In this document: in pieces, positions 24,681-38,309 of the stretch | Position numbering within the stretch: the first letter of the stretch is position 1 | How the letters are laid out: each line of letters starts with the position of its first letter | Assembly: GCF_902713615.1 (NCBI RefSeq) | Contig: NC_052149.1 | Location: forward strand, 222,125,623-222,189,622 | Direction: 5' to 3' | From: Scyliorhinus canicula | Taxonomy: Eukaryota | DNA length: 64,000 nucleotides | Made by a program: the position numbers and the translations under genes | The notes under the pieces: model-generated | Told to the model about the DNA's origin: nothing | The model's database searches: none | Seen by the model: only the letters and a program-made list of their open reading frames with translations

Positions 24681-25770
24681 TGTTCCTCCGTGCCGGGCCC
24701 CTGTAGCGCTCTGCCATGTTTCCCGGGGGCCGGCACGGAGACGGCCGTGGCGCACACGTGCGGACCCACGCCGACCGTGCATTGCCAGCTTTCTGCACCG
24801 GAGCAGCGCACGGCACTCTGGCACCTCCGAGGAAGGTGACTGGCCCTGGAGGCCCGTTGATGCGCCGGTTTTGACGCCGGCGTCAACACTTGGCCGGGAT
24901 TTCGGAGAATCCCAGCCATCGTTCCTGGAAGTGTTACTGAAGCCAGAATTTGGACAGGTTATCCAATCTTCCCAGGGAATATAATCCAGGGATCAAAATA
25001 ATCCCCCCTTCTGATGGGTCACTTGCTGCAGGAAGGTGCCAAATAGGTTTACCTTTTAAGAGTCATGAACTGGACCCGGTACAGGTACCAGACCCCTTGT
25101 CCAGTGTTTCAAATCCCGGAAGGAGCTGAAAGCCGGCTATTTTCATATCTTCCACCCTGGGTGGCAAGTTGAATTTGATTCTTTATTTTTCGTACTTTAT
25201 TTTATATATTGTAAGTATATGCTGGGCACAGGGCCCAAAATCCAGAATATTTCCAAATCCGGCACATGCCTGATCCTGTGCTTCTTGGATATGGATCCAG
25301 AACATATACTGAACAGTCGCCAGTAGAACTGTCTGCCAATGACAAACAGTGCCTCCTGGAAAGAAAATTTCAAGATCTGGACAGATCATTTTGAAATGTA
25401 AGATTATTACAGTAAAATTATGATCCTTTCAAGAAACACCAGCTTCTCAATGGTGGTGTATAAACTGGTGGCAAACATCCTAGGATAACACTACTGTGAA
25501 TAATGTGCAATAACTAAAGGATGTAGGACAGGGAGCATTAATTGTCTTTTGCAATGGTTCCTGACACGTAGGAAACCCAGGCTTGATACTGATGGGGAGT
25601 GAAATCTGTACTGCCTCTTTTTGCCCCGACTTTGACTTGCTGGGGGCTGGTTCAGGAAACCGTCCGCCAAATGGTGGCCAATTCTCACAGGCAATGCATG
25701 TTTGAAATGCTATGCAAAAAAAAAATTGAACTTGATTTTCTGTTGTTTCCAGCCCCCCCCCCCCCCCCCC

Positions 25771-25847
25771 CCCCCTCCCCCACCCCCCTGAGTGCTGTAT
25801 AATCCCCCCCCCACCCCTCCCCCACCCCCCTGAGTGCTGTATAATCC
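25771..25847 (+). repeat. Tandem duplication of about 40 bp next to poly-C
   Basis: CCCCTCCCCCACCCCCCTGAGTGCTGTATAATCC occurs twice. Confidence 0.85.
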
Positions 25848-26674
25848 GCATACAACTGTCGGTGGCACCTAACTAGATGCCAATTTCTATCGAATTACAC
25901 AACCTTGCAAGGAGAGGAAGGAAAGAATGGCCAAGGGGCCCCCATATGTCAGAGGAAATGAAGGTTATTTGCAGAGAATGGGAAGTGCTTTGTCATGAAA
26001 CTACGTGTGAAATGGCCTTTGTTCTTTTATTGTGGAGTTCATAGGATTCCTCTTTCAATCTGCAGAGATTTGCACTAATTGCTGATGACACTATGTGGAG
26101 CGTCTGTGTAAGGCTGAGAGATCAGGCCTAGCTGATGTCTTTTCAATAAAAGAGTTTAGATCCTAATCCAATTGACACATGGACTACAAATAGCTGTTGG
26201 AGAACGCTGAGAGATTACAGGGCAGTTTTTCCCCTGTAAAGCAAATTTATTTATTAAAGATGCTTCACACAAGGTAGCTCCCAAGCGAAGCTGGAAAAAG
26301 GGGTTTGAAAGGAGTTTCTGCCTGAGGACAGTTAACAGACACAGCAAGGAAGCCAACAAAATTAGACGCAATCAGCAATTTGTACTCAATATTGCCCTCA
26401 TTTGTAGCCGATATCATTTGGGCCGATATCAATTTATTTGTTATCAATTTCCAAACTATTAACAGTGACCAATAGAAATAATATTGTTCGCTGCCCAGCA
26501 AAGTCTACTTTTAAACTACAAGTTTTAAAAAGCTATAAATGCTAGAAATTTGTGGCAAAACAAAAATGCTGGAAACAATCAGCTGGAGAATCAGCATCTG
26601 TGAACAGAACAGATTGGTTAACATTCCAGTAGTTTCTTCATCAGAATAAACATTAATTTCTGAGAGAAAAGAAA

Positions 26675-27055
26675 GAATTTACATTTGCATATATGTCACG
26701 AATTGAGCACATATTAATGAGCTTTACAGTCAATGAAATACTGTCATTGCTCACATGGCAGGAAGATCCTGCAAACAGCAATATACTCATTACAGGATCG
26801 AGTGTTTCGGAGTTGTTGTTAAATATTCATTAGGACACGAAGGAGAACCCCCATGCTCCTCTCAAATGGTGCCACAGGATCTTTTATGTCCACACTTGAG
26901 TGGGCAGATAGGAACTTCAGTTTACCTTTGACTGTGCATCACTCTCTCAATGCTGCACTGCATGTCTAAGCCCAGGCTTTGTGCTCAAGTCTCTGGAGTA
27001 GGATTTGAACCAATAATCTTGTAACTGAGGTGAGAGTGCTACTGGCAAAGCCAGG
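26675..27055 (-). mobile_element. Deu-domain SINE
   Basis: GTGGACATAAAAGATCCTGTGGCAC core and tRNA head. Confidence 0.7.
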
Positions 27056-27234
27056 CCTTACATGCTGCTCGTGCATCAACGACTTGCAAATCACTGCAGG
27101 GAAGGAAACTCTAGGAGAGAGCTAGAAAAATTACTTCAGAGACCACGACCATAGTGACTGAACAAATGGCTGTTATTGGTGGACTGGATGGAGCATGGCG
27201 TAAGTTCTGCTTACCAGGCCAGTGGGAAGGGGAA

Positions 27235-27572
27235 CCATAGAATCTACAGTGCAGCAGGAGGCCATTCAACCCATCAAGTCTGCACTGGCCCTTGGAAAGA
27301 GGACCCTACTTAAGCCTAAACCTGCACCCAATCCCCGTAACCCAGTAACTCCACCTAACCTGTTTGGACACTAAGGGCAGTTTGGCATGGGCAATCCACC
27401 TAACCTGCACATCTTTGGACTGTGGGAGGAAACCGGAGAATCCAGAGAAAACCCACGCAGACACGGGGAGAACGTGCAGACTCTGCACAATCAGTGGCCC
27501 AAGCTGGGAATCGAACCTGGCACCCTGGAGCTGCGATGCAACAGTGCTAACCACTGTCTTACCGTGCCACCC
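27235..27572 (-). mobile_element. HE1-type V-SINE, CR1 tail
   Basis: Head, V-domain and CR1 tail. Confidence 0.9.
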
Positions 27573-28123
27573 AAGATAAGGAGCACATTGGTGATGAATT
27601 TGCCAGTGGCTCTTGAGGTTTCTTGTTGGCTCTTTACAAGCTACCTCAAGGGACACATATATCAATCAATCCACGGCACACATATTTCTCAATGATAGGT
27701 CTCTGATTTGTTTTTCACCAGGGCAAATATTCTTGACACTTTTCTTATAGTTCTTATAGTTGTTGGACCAATCCACATGAGGAACACTCTGCGTTTGTAC
27801 TTGGAGTCAAATCTAGGAACTTTACTTGGCTTTGCCCTTTCCACCTTGTGTGAATGCAGAACTCACAGTTCACTGTTCCCCCAACAAGAACACTGTCACT
27901 GTGAATTCTAGCTTTTAATAAGGTGATGAAAGCACATTACAAATAAAGTAGTTCATTCGAAATATATGGACAGGAATAGGCCATTCAGCCCCTCAAAGCC
28001 TGTTCCACAGTTCAATTATATTGTGGCTGATCTATATTTAACTCCATCGACCAGCCACTAATGGCTCGGATAGGACATTGGCAGAGCTGTGAGGCCCTTT
28101 AAAGTAATGCTTTGGAACCTTAT

Positions 28124-28750
28124 GGGCGCAATTCTCCGAAATGGAGACAGAGCGTTCGCGCTGTCGCGTTTCACGGCAGCGCGAAACGGGCACGGGGACT
28201 ACCGATTCTGATGGCACTGGAGCGGTTCACACCGCTCCAGCCTCCCTTCCGGGGCCAAATGGGTGCCGTGCCAACCCGCGTATGCGCAGTTAGGCCGCGC
28301 CAACCTGGAAATGCGGGGGGACTTCCTCAACGCGCCGGCCCCGACGCAACATGGTGTGGGGGTTCAGGGGCCGTCCGCGTAATAAAATATTTGTGGGCCC
28401 TGATCGCGGGACAGACCCCATTGGAGGCCCCCCCCCCCAGTGAAGGAGCACTTTTCCCCGCCCCACAGCTGCACTCCGACTCTTCGCACAGAGTTCCCTC
28501 TGGCAGCGACCAGGTGTGAACAGCGCCGGCGGGACTCTGCCGTTTCCGCGCGGCCGCACGGCCCATCAAGGCCGTTGAATCGGCGGCCCGGCCACGGGCA
28601 GCGGCCCGCGACCGGCGCCACGCCAAACACGCTGGTGCAAATGGCGCCGATTCTCTGGTCCTCGGAGAATCGCCTGCTGGCATCGGACCGGGAACAAAAT
28701 GGCGCGAACGCCGATTCTCCCATACGGCGCCGCATGGGTGAATCGCGCCC
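28124..28750. mobile_element. GC-rich Harbinger-like MITE
   Basis: TIRs GGGCGCAATTCTCC / GGTGAATCGCGCCC; 3-bp TSD TAT. Confidence 0.8.
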
Positions 28751-28896
28751 TATATGTCTATCTGAAAGCTCAAAATGTTGAAAGGCAACAGCTCCAGCAG
28801 TCTGAGCCTGGAGTGGTGCATGAAGCACCAATTTCCGTAACCTTGAGGTGACAATGTTATCAACTGAGCCAAGACTGACACCTCAGTGGACATCGA

Positions 28897-29545
28897 GGGC
28901 GCGATTCTCTCAGCCCGAAGCCGGGCCGGTGAATCCACACGACCTGCGCGAATCATGCCACGCCGCCCCAACGCCAGCACGCGATTCTCCACCAAGTGGA
29001 GAATCGGCACCATTGGCACCACCGTGGTTGGCACGGTGCTGGTCGGGGGCCACTCTATGCAGCCAGCCTGCCGATTCTTGGACCGGGGGCCGAGCGGTCA
29101 TTGTAAAAAAGCCGAGTCCTGCCGGCGCCATCCACACCTGCTCTCAGCTGGCGGGAACTCGGCGTGGAAGGGTCGGGGGCGGCCTGAGTTGGGGGAGGGG
29201 TGGTCCGCCACCGATGTGGCCTGGCCCGCGATCGGGGCCCATCGATCTGCAAGCCGGCCTCTCTGGCTGCCGGCCTCCTTTCTTCCGCGCCAGCCCCTGT
29301 AGTCCTGCGCCATGCTGGTCAGGGCTGGCTTGTTGAAGGAAGCTACTGCGCATGCGCGCATTGGCGCTGGTGCCACTGCGCATGTGCGGACCCTTGACGC
29401 CCATTTGACACCGGGATCAGCAGCTGGAGCAGCATGAACTGCTCCAGTGCTGTGCTGGCCCCTTGTAGGGGTCAGAATTGCTGATCCTGAGGCCGTGTTG
29501 ACGCCATCGAGAAACGTTTAGCCTCAGGATCACAGAATCCCGCCC
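28897..29545. mobile_element. GC-rich Harbinger-like MITE
   Basis: TIRs GGGCGCGATTCT / AGAATCCCGCCC; a related right half lies at about 24680-24918. Confidence 0.72.
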
Positions 29546-30689
29546 CTGTTTCATAAGAGTAATCCAGTGCAAAGTGATCATCATGAGACACTAATTAAAT
29601 GAATTCACATTCTCTCAATGTAGATTCTCAGAACTGTAAAACATTGGCGGCAGATGGTGACTAACTCAGTGACAAATCTTGTTGTGGAATAAGTTGAGTG
29701 TATTTTAGGAAAGGGCAATAAATGTAATAAACCAAATTCTAAATTTATACGATGTAAGGCTTAAAAAGGATCAAGGAAAACAAAGAAAAACAAACAGTAA
29801 TAATTTCTGCCATTCTATTTTATATACCGAGTTTCCTTTGTTTATCACGGTAATAAAGGTCACTATTGCAAGAGTTTAAAAGAGCATGTAGTCACACAAA
29901 AATGACACCCACTTAATTGTGATCATATCTTCCTATCTGAATGACAACATTAAAATTCATTGAACTATTGTGTTAATAGTACCTTTACTAACTCGTGTTT
30001 CAAGCAGGTTCACAGTATGTGCTGAATTGCTAGTCATCTCGACAAAGTCCTAAATTGGGATGTTACCGGAGTCTCTAATGAAACATAAACAAATTACACT
30101 GGTGAGTCATTGCACGAGCATATGGTTTAATAACAATCATCAAAGTGAGCTGCAGTCAATGGGACACAATGCCATAGACAGGGCACAAGTTTATAAGGAT
30201 GATTCTGGATATGGTTAGGTCACCGTTTCAGGTGGTCCAGTAATGGCATTGTTCATAAATAAATTGGCCTAATTTGGACCTGAACTACACAAACTATGGA
30301 AGGTGACTGAGTTCAATCCCCAGCATGTGCTGAGTTCTTGCTTGTAAAGAGTAAATATTGACCATAGTAGGGGGAAAATAGTCCAAGATTCCGGGGGAAA
30401 GTAGCCCAAGATTCCAGGTCCAGTCTAACATCCATTGTCTCCTACGATTGGGCAAATCTGGGCTTTGTGCGATTGTGTATAGCAGCTGATATGAGAGTTG
30501 ACAGCTGATTTTTCATGCTATTGGCAACACAAGGAGAGATGTAGAACACGCTGCTGGCTTGCTGGAATCTTTTTTAGTACTACCAAACAAACTCAAGACC
30601 TACTCTGTTAGGTGAGACTCTGTCGAACACTCAGAAGGCTTTAATTTAATTAAAACCCTTTCATTAGGATTAGCACGCTCCACAATTGG

Positions 30690-30990
30690 CTCATTTGGAT
30701 GAGGCAGCAAGTGGTTGAGTCAGAGTGCAAAGGTTCCAGATTGACCCCCACTCTGTGCTACGATGCAGACCTCAAGCAGAGCACGGGCCCACCACATATG
30801 CTTCAGTGAGACCGATTTAGGGTGAGTAAAATTAGCCAGGGTTCGTGCTCCTAGTTGCTATCTAGCGATTCTTGCTGGAATGTGCGTGTGTGAGGACAGG
30901 ATGTTTTTTGTCCTTTATAGTCTGATACCTTGGCAACATTCACTGCCAAGGTTCACACATGAATAGTGATCACCTGGGCAACGTGGGAGT
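30690..30990 (+). mobile_element. Ancient tRNA-derived SINE (related decayed copies at about 13480-13940 and 30250-30450)
   Basis: AAAATTAGCCAGGGTTC..GCTCCT.GTTGCTATCTAGCGA..C.TGCTGGAA.GTGCGTGTGTGAGGACAGGAT core; family name not asserted. Confidence 0.45.
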
Positions 30991-31769
30991 AGCTCACGTG
31001 AAAAAAAAAACACCACAGCAAAAAGAGTTAGTGCGTTCTGAAGAGGTGAGGCGGGAGGGAGAGGAGAGGAGGTTAGACCAAATTAAAGAATACATCTCCT
31101 CAAAGTACCTGCATGATACTGTCTGCTGCAATTATATACAAAATTACAGGGGAAATCTGCAGGCTTACAACAAACACTACAACAATAATTGAATCAAGGG
31201 ATTTGTGTCATAAATTCTGGAGGAAAGATCAAGACATACATCATCAGAACTCCTTTGATTCAATTACTCAGTTAAACCTCTGCCAGATGCTGTTGTTCTT
31301 TACATTTTTAAGCAGCTTAGTATTTATTGTTTAAACTACATTAGGTTGATGCTGCTGCTAGCCTGCCAGTTTTGGCGTTATTGTTTATGCTTTGGCACAG
31401 TTAGTATGGCAATTCAGAGGCAACTGCATTTAATTTGAAGGTAGGCAGCCCCAAGGACATGTGATACCGCAAAATAATAATGGTGTTTGTTGGTTTAACG
31501 AGCTGGAAGCAGCTAAATATCTCAAAGTTCTTCAGCAAAGGGGGTCAAATCCAATGAGAGGTTGCAGACAATTTAAGGACTGTGGCCAACGGAAGTTTCC
31601 AAAGTGGGGATGATTTTTGAAAGTGGGGAGTGCTGCAGCAAAATAGACCTTCAGGATGTGGGGCCAAGATAAGATGGCTGAAGACTGCGTCACCAATAAA
31701 ACAGCAGAGAATGTAAGGAGTGATTGATGCTGGAAGATAGCACCCCTTAAGTCATTCATCGCGTTCGGT

Positions 31770-32990
31770 CAAAGTGGCCATTGCCCTTGACATCACGGCA
31801 GCATTTGACCGAATGTGACATCAGGACCCCTGTTGCAAAACTGAAGAAAATTGGAATCAGGAAAAAAGCTATCCACTGGTTGGAGTCAGACCTGCCACAA
31901 AGGACAATGGTTGTGGTTATTGGAGGTCATCATTGCAGCAGTTCCTCAAGGTAATATCCAAGACCCAATTATCTTCAGCTACTTCATCAATGACCTTCCC
32001 TCCACCAAAGATCAGAAGTGTGGATGTTCACTGATGATCACAGAATGTTCAGCACCATTCGCGACTTCTCATATATTGAAGCAATCCGTGTCCATATGTA
32101 GCAAGGCATGGACAACATTCTTGCTTTGGATAATAAATGGCAATAACAAAAGTGTCAGGCAATGACCATCTCCAACAAGAGAGAATCTAACCATCACCGC
32201 TTGACATTCAATGGCATTGCAACACCTGATTTCCCTCACTTTCAAAATCGTCAGGTCACCAATGACCAGAAACTGAACTGGACCAGCCACGTAAATACTC
32301 TGGCTACAAGAGCAGGTCAGAGAGTAGGATTTTTGTAGTGAATAACTCATTCCCTGACTCCTCAAGGCCTGTCTACCATCTACAAGGCACAAGTCAGAGT
32401 GTGATGGAACACATTTGCCTGGATAAGTGCAGTACCTTCCAAACAGCAACCATCTAGGACAAGAGCAGCAGACACTTGGGAACATCACCACCTGGAAGGT
32501 ACCCTCCAAGCCACTCACCATCCTAACTTGGAAATATCTTGCCATTCCTTTACTGTTGCTGGGCCAAAATCCTGGAAATTCCTCCCTAATATCACTATGG
32601 GTGGACCTACAGCACACGGACAGCAGCAGTTCAAGAAGGCAACTCACCCAGTACCTTCTCAGGGGCAATTAGGGATGGGAGATAAATGCTGGTCGAGCCA
32701 GTGACACCCACATCCCATATAAATAAACATATAAACACTGAAGAAGGTTGACACCATCCAGGACAAAACAGCCTGCATGACCCATCACCTTCAGCATTCA
32801 CTCCATCCACAACAATGCACAGTGGTAACCGTGTGTACCATCCACAAGATGTACTGCAGCAACTCACCAATGCTCCTTCGGCAACCTTCCAAACTCACAG
32901 CTTCTACCAGCTAGAAGGACAAGGGCATCAGTCGGTTAGGCATACTACCTGCAAATTCCCTCCAAGCCACACCATATTGTTATGGGCCAG
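31770..32990 (+). mobile_element. Rearranged fragments of the same CR1/L2-group LINE
   Basis: VALDITAAFDR and AVPQG remnants; GGGCAATTAGGGATGGG...CCCACATCCC tail at about 32660-32720. Confidence 0.75.
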
Positions 32991-33641
32991 TACGCAGAAG
33001 CTCCAAAGTGTATTATGAAGCTCACCTGACTTATAACTTTTATGGTGAATTTGGCTAGGATGAGCACAAGAGCCTTCCCTTCAGCTGTGATTCATCAGAC
33101 TTCTTAGGCACCTTTATGGAGTTTGCATATTCTCCCCAGGTCTGCGTGGCTTGATGGCCTACATCCTAGCATCTTAAAGGAAACGGCAGGGGAGGCAGTG
33201 GATTCATTGGTTATAAGATTCCAAAATTCCCTGGACATGGGAAAGGTTCCAGTGGATTTGAAAAATGCGAAGGTAACACCCTTTTTCAAAAAGGGGGGAC
33301 ACTGAAAGTAGGAAACTAGAGAAAAGTTAACCTGTTGTTGGGAAATTGTTAGAATCCATTATTAAGGAAGTAATAACAGGACATTTAGAAAGTCAAAATG
33401 CAATCTATCAGAGTCAGCATGGTTTTATAAAGGGTAGATCGTGTTTGACTAATTTGCTTGAATTCTTTGAAGTTGTAACAGGCCAAATGGACATCCTGTA
33501 GATATAATATTTCTGGATTTCCAGAAGGCATTTGATAAGATGCCACACAAAAGGTTAATACACAAGGTAAGATCACATGGGATTGAGGGTAATTTAGCAG
33601 CTTGGATAGAAGACTGGCTAACCAACAGAAGGCAGGGAGTC

Positions 33642-33870
33642 AGAGCAGCAAAGTGGCCCAGTGGTTAGCACTGCTGCCTCACGGCGCTGAGGTCCCAGGT
33701 TCGATCCCAGCTCTGAGTCACTGTCAGTGTGGAGTTTGCACATTCTCCCCATGTTTGCGTGGTTAGGCCCCCACAACCCAAAAGATGTGCAGGATCGGTG
33801 GATTGGCCTCGCTAAATTACCCCTTAATTGGAAAATATAAATTGGGTACTCTAAATTTATTTTAAAAAAA
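33642..33870 (+). mobile_element. Short V-SINE inside CR1
   Basis: Near-TSD GAAGGCAG(G/A)GAGTC. Confidence 0.9.
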
Positions 33871-33989
33871 GAAGGCAGAGAGTCGGAATAAATAGATCTC
33901 TTTTTGGTTGGAAAGATATAACTAGTATGGTGCCACAGGGTTTGGTCCTCGAGCCCCAACAATTTACAATATATATTAATGACTTGGAT

Positions 33990-34194
33990 GTAGTTAGCAC
34001 TGCTGCCTCACGGCGCCGAGGATCCGGGTTCGATCCCGGCCACGGTTCATTGTCCTTGTGGAGTTTGCACATTCTCCCCATGTCTGCATGGATCTCACCC
34101 CCACAAGCCTAAAGATGTGCAAGGTAGGTGGATTGGCCTTGCTAAATTACCCCTTACTTGGAAAAAAAGAATTGGGTACTCTATTTTTAAAAAA
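33990..34194 (+). mobile_element. Short V-SINE inside CR1
   Basis: Near-TSD ATGAC(T/A)TGGATGTAG. Confidence 0.88.
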
Positions 34195-34427
34195 ATGACA
34201 TGGATGTAGGGATAGAAGGTCATAGAGCCAAATTTGCAGATGACACTAAAATAAGTGGGACAGTACGTTACAATGAGGAAATAATAAAATTACAAATGGA
34301 AAAAGGTCTGTTTAGTGAGTGGGCCAAAATTTGACAGGTGCCGTTTATCATGGGATAAGTGTGAGGCTATCCATTTTGGTCATAAAAATGGAGGCAACTT
34401 ATTATCTAAACGCAGAGAAACGTTCGA

Positions 34428-34612
34428 GTGCAGGTTAGGTGAATTGCCCATGCTAAATTGCCCTTAGTGTCCAAAATTGCCCTTAGTGTTGGGTGGGGTT
34501 ACTGAGTTATGGGGATAGGGTGGAGGTGTGGGGCTGGGTGGGGTGCTCTTTCCAAGAGCCGGTGCAGACTCGATGGGCCGAATGGCCTCCTTCTGCACTG
34601 TAAACTCTATGA
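34428..34612 (+). mobile_element. HE1-type V-SINE 3' half
   Basis: CR1 tail; local duplication of AAATTGCCCTTAGTGT. Confidence 0.8.
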
Positions 34613-35222
34613 AATGAGGAGGCGTGTTTTATGAATAGAGATTTGAGCAGTTTAAGGCTGTACTCTCTTGAGTTTAGAAGAATGAGCGGAGATCTAACTG
34701 AAGTACATAAGATGATAAAAGGTATTGACAATGTAGACAAAGAGATGCTTTCTATTGTGGAGCAATCTAGAACGAGAGGTCACAGTTTTGGAATAAGGGG
34801 TGGCAGATTTCAACCAGAGATGTGGAGAAATTAATTCTCTCAAAGGGTTGTGAATCTATGGAATTCACCACCCCAGAATGCAGTGAATGCTGGGTCACTG
34901 AGTAAATATAAGAAGAAGATGGACAGATTTTTAATTAGTAATATGTTGAGGGGATAAGGAGAAAGGGCAGGAAAGTGGAGTTGAGGATGAGAGGAGATCA
35001 GCCATGATCTTATTGGACGGTGGATGAAGCTCGAGGGGCTCAATTTCCTACTCCTGCTCCTCGTTCTTACGTTCTTACGGAATCAGAGATGGATAATAAA
35101 CTCTGGCCTCGCCAATCATGCGCACATGCTGCGAAAAAACAAAAAATGTTACAGAGCAAGGGAGGAGGGATGTCAATGATCGAGGGATAGAGGCAAAGGT
35201 GAGGGGTGACTTGATAGATATG

Positions 35223-35911
35223 GGGCGGGATTCCCCGACCCCCCGCCGGGTCGGAGAATCACCGGGGGCTGGCTTGAATCCCGCCCCCGCCGTCTCCCGA
35301 AGTCTCCGGCACCAGAGATTCGGCGGGGGCGGGAATCACGCCGGTCTGTCGGCGGGCCCTCCCCCCTGGTGATTCTCGGGCCCGCGGTGGGCTGAAGTCC
35401 GCCGCTGTCATGCCAGTCCTGCCGGCATGAATTAAGCCACCTATCTTACCGGCGGGACCAGGCGGCACGGGCAGGCTCTGGGGTCCTGGGGGGGGGGCGC
35501 GGGCAATCTGACCCCAGGGCGGTGCCCCCACGGTGGCCTGGCCCGTGATTGGGGCCCACCGATCGGTGGACAGGCCTGTGCCGTGGGGGCACTCTTTTCC
35601 TTCCGCGTTCGCCATCATCTTCACGATGGCGGACGCGGAAATGACCCTCTCCCCTGCGCATGTGCGGGGATGATGTCAGCAGCCGCTGACGCTCCGGTGC
35701 ATGCGCGGACTTCCGCCGGCCGGCGAAGTCCCTTCGGCCCCGGCTGGCGTGGCGCCGTAGGGGCGCCAACCACTCCGGCGTGGGCCTAGCCCCTCAAGGT
35801 TAGGGCTTGGCCCCATCTCCGCACCTTTGGGGTGGCCCAACGCCAGAGTGGTTCGCCCCACTCCATCCCGCCGGAACCCCCCGCCCCGCCGGGGAGGGGA
35901 GAATCCCGCCC
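35223..35911. mobile_element. GC-rich Harbinger-like MITE
   Basis: TIRs GGGCGGGATTCCCC / GGAGAATCCCGCCC; colinear with 60510-61164. Confidence 0.78.
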
Positions 35912-36255
35912 AAGATTCTGAACGGTATTGACAAGATGGACGTTGAAAGGATGTTTCTCCTTGTGGGTGAGTCGAGAACGAGGAAGCATTGTTTTAAAAT
36001 TAGGGGTCACCTTATAGGACAGAAATGAGAAATGTTTTCTCTGAGAGGGTTGTGCGATTTTGGAACTCCTTGCCTCAGAACGCAGTGGAGGCGGGAAGCA
36101 CTGAATATTTTTAAGTGGAGGTAGGTCGATTCTTGCTAGGCAAGGGTATCAAAGGTTATCGGTGTACATGGGAACATGGAATTCAAAACACAAACAGAAC
36201 AGCCATGATCTTATTTAATGGCGGAGCAGGATCGAGGGGCCATATGGCATACCTC
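35912..36255 (+). mobile_element. CR1 LINE 3' fragment
   Basis: KILNGIDKMDVERMF...SRTR, WNSLP, CR1 tail. Confidence 0.8.
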
Positions 36256-36261
36256 TTGGAT

Positions 36262-37105
36262 TGGATCGGTTTTTGTTTATTGTCACGTGTACCGAGGTAC
36301 AGTGAAAATTAATTTTCGGCGAGCAGCTCAACAGATTATTAAATACATGAAAAGAAAAGGAAATAAATGAAAATACAGGGCAGCACGGTGGCGCAGTGGG
36401 TTAGCCCTGCTGCCTCACGGCGCCGAGGTCCCAGGTTTGATCCCTGCTCTGGGTCACTGTCCGTGTGGAGTTTGCACATTCTCCCCGCGTTTGCGTGGGT
36501 TTCGCCCCCACAATCCAAAGATGTGCAGGGTAGGTGGATTGGCCACGCTAAATTGCCCCTTAATTGTAAAAAATGAATTGGGTACTCTAAATTTATAATT
36601 TTAAAAAATACATAATAGGGCAATACAAGGTACACAATGTAACTATATAAACACCAGCATTGGGTGAAGCATGCAGGGTTGTAGTGTTAATCAGGTCAGT
36701 CCATAAGCGGGTGGTTTAGGTGTCTGGTAACAGTGGGGAAGAAGCTGTTTTTGAGTCTGTTTGTGCGTGTTCTCAGACTTCTGTACCTCCTGCCCGATGG
36801 AAGAAGTTGGAAGAATGAGTAAGCCGGGTGGGAGGGGTCTTTGATTATGTTGCCCGCTTTCCCCAGGCAGTGGGAGGTGTAGATGGAGTCAATGGATGGG
36901 AGGCAGGTTCGTGTGATGGACTGGGCGGTGTTCACGACTCTCTGAAATTTCTTGCGGTCTTGAACCGAGCAGTTGCCATACCAGGCTGTGATGCAGCCCG
37001 AGAGGATGCTCTCTATGGTGCATCTGTACAAGTTGGTGAGAGTTAATGTGACATACCAAATTTCCTTAGTTTCCTGAGGAAGAAGAGGCGCTTTTGTGCT
37101 TTTTA
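36262..37105 (-). mobile_element. Rex1/Babar LINE 3' fragment with a V-SINE in its UTR
   Basis: YRCTIESILSGCITAWYGNC...DPSHP...LLPSGRRYRSLRTRTNRLKNSFFP (ORF 36696-37031). Confidence 0.9.
36378..36603 (+). mobile_element. Short V-SINE inside the Rex1 UTR
   Basis: TSD AAAATACA. Confidence 0.9.
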
Positions 37106-37699
37106 AATGGAATCCAGCAAGGACAATCTGATAAATGAACAGATTGGCTGCATAGTACTTTGAGATGGCCTGAAGTCAGGGAAGGTGTTGTATGAATGCG
37201 TCTTTCATTCCTTCTCTTCTTCCTCCCTCCCTCTCATACGTCTGCCCAATGCATGTACCAGGAACTAGCAAACACCACCTGAGCACCAGCAGTTCACTAA
37301 TGACAAGATGATGAGTCCTGAACCCAGATTTGTTTCAGGATTTATACCAGTATGAGGGAGCAGAAGCAGAATTAGCCACACCAAAAACTCCTGTTTCTGG
37401 TGGGTCTGGCATTCCTCTCCCTCAACTTCGACATCTGCACTGTGCTGTGGGAGAAGAGGTTCGATCCAACCCCTCAAGGCTTGTGATATTTATATCCTGT
37501 CTTCCTGTGCTCATTGTCCTAAACAACTTGGTGACTTCCACCTCATACATTCCTTTCATTATTTTGAAGTCTTAGATCATGCCTCCCTTCAGCATTCTTT
37601 TCTCTAGAGAAAATATGTTTAGTTACTTGAACCATAACCGTCAGTCAGAATTAACCTGCTCTTTGCCACGGGCTAGTCGGGAAGAATCTAATTAGCAGA

Positions 37700-38040
37700 A
37701 TTCATAATCGCGGGATACCCCAAAACGCCTTACATCCAATTATATACTTTTGAAGTGTAGTCACTATTGTAACATTTGAACTTTGGCACCCAAGTTGTGC
37801 ACAGTAAGCTCCCACAAACAGCAATGTGATAATGACCAGATAATGTGTTTTAGTAAATTCATCTGAGGGATAAATAGTGACCGGGACAGATGGGAGAATG
37901 CCCATGCTCATCTTCAAAAGTGTGCTATGGGGCACTTTAAATCTTGGCAGAGCACCAGTTGAACAACCTGCTCTGCCAGAAGGTACCCCCAGCAGTGCAA
38001 CACTCCCCTAGAACTGCACTGGAATATCAGTCTTGATTAG
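37700..38040 (-). mobile_element. Deu-domain SINE
   Basis: Homologous to the other copies. Confidence 0.7.
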
Positions 38041-38074
38041 GGGAGGACCCACCATCCGTGGTTAACTAAATAAT

Positions 38075-38309
38075 TTTTTACTTTTTAAAAATAAATTTAG
38101 AGTACCCAATTCATTTTTTTCCAATTAAGGGGCGATTTAGCGTGGCCAATTCACCTACCCTGCACATCTTTGGGTTGTGGGGGCGAAACCCACGCAGACA
38201 CGGGGAGAATGTGCAAACTCCACACAGACAGTGACCCAGAGCCGGGATCGAACCTGGGACCTCGGCGCCGTGAGGCAGCAGGGCTAACCCACTGCGCCAC
38301 TGTGCTGCC
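38075..38309 (-). mobile_element. Short V-SINE
   Basis: TSD GTTAACTAAATAATT. Confidence 0.92.

Larger units (their letters stand above)
33150..35080 (+). mobile_element. CR1 LINE (RT to 3' tail), interrupted by three V-SINE pieces
   Basis: GLHPSILKE...VPVDLKNAKVTPFFKKG, QHGFIKGRSCLTNL, VPQG, FADDTK, LYSLEFRRMSGDL; TTCTTAC-repeat tail. Confidence 0.9.
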
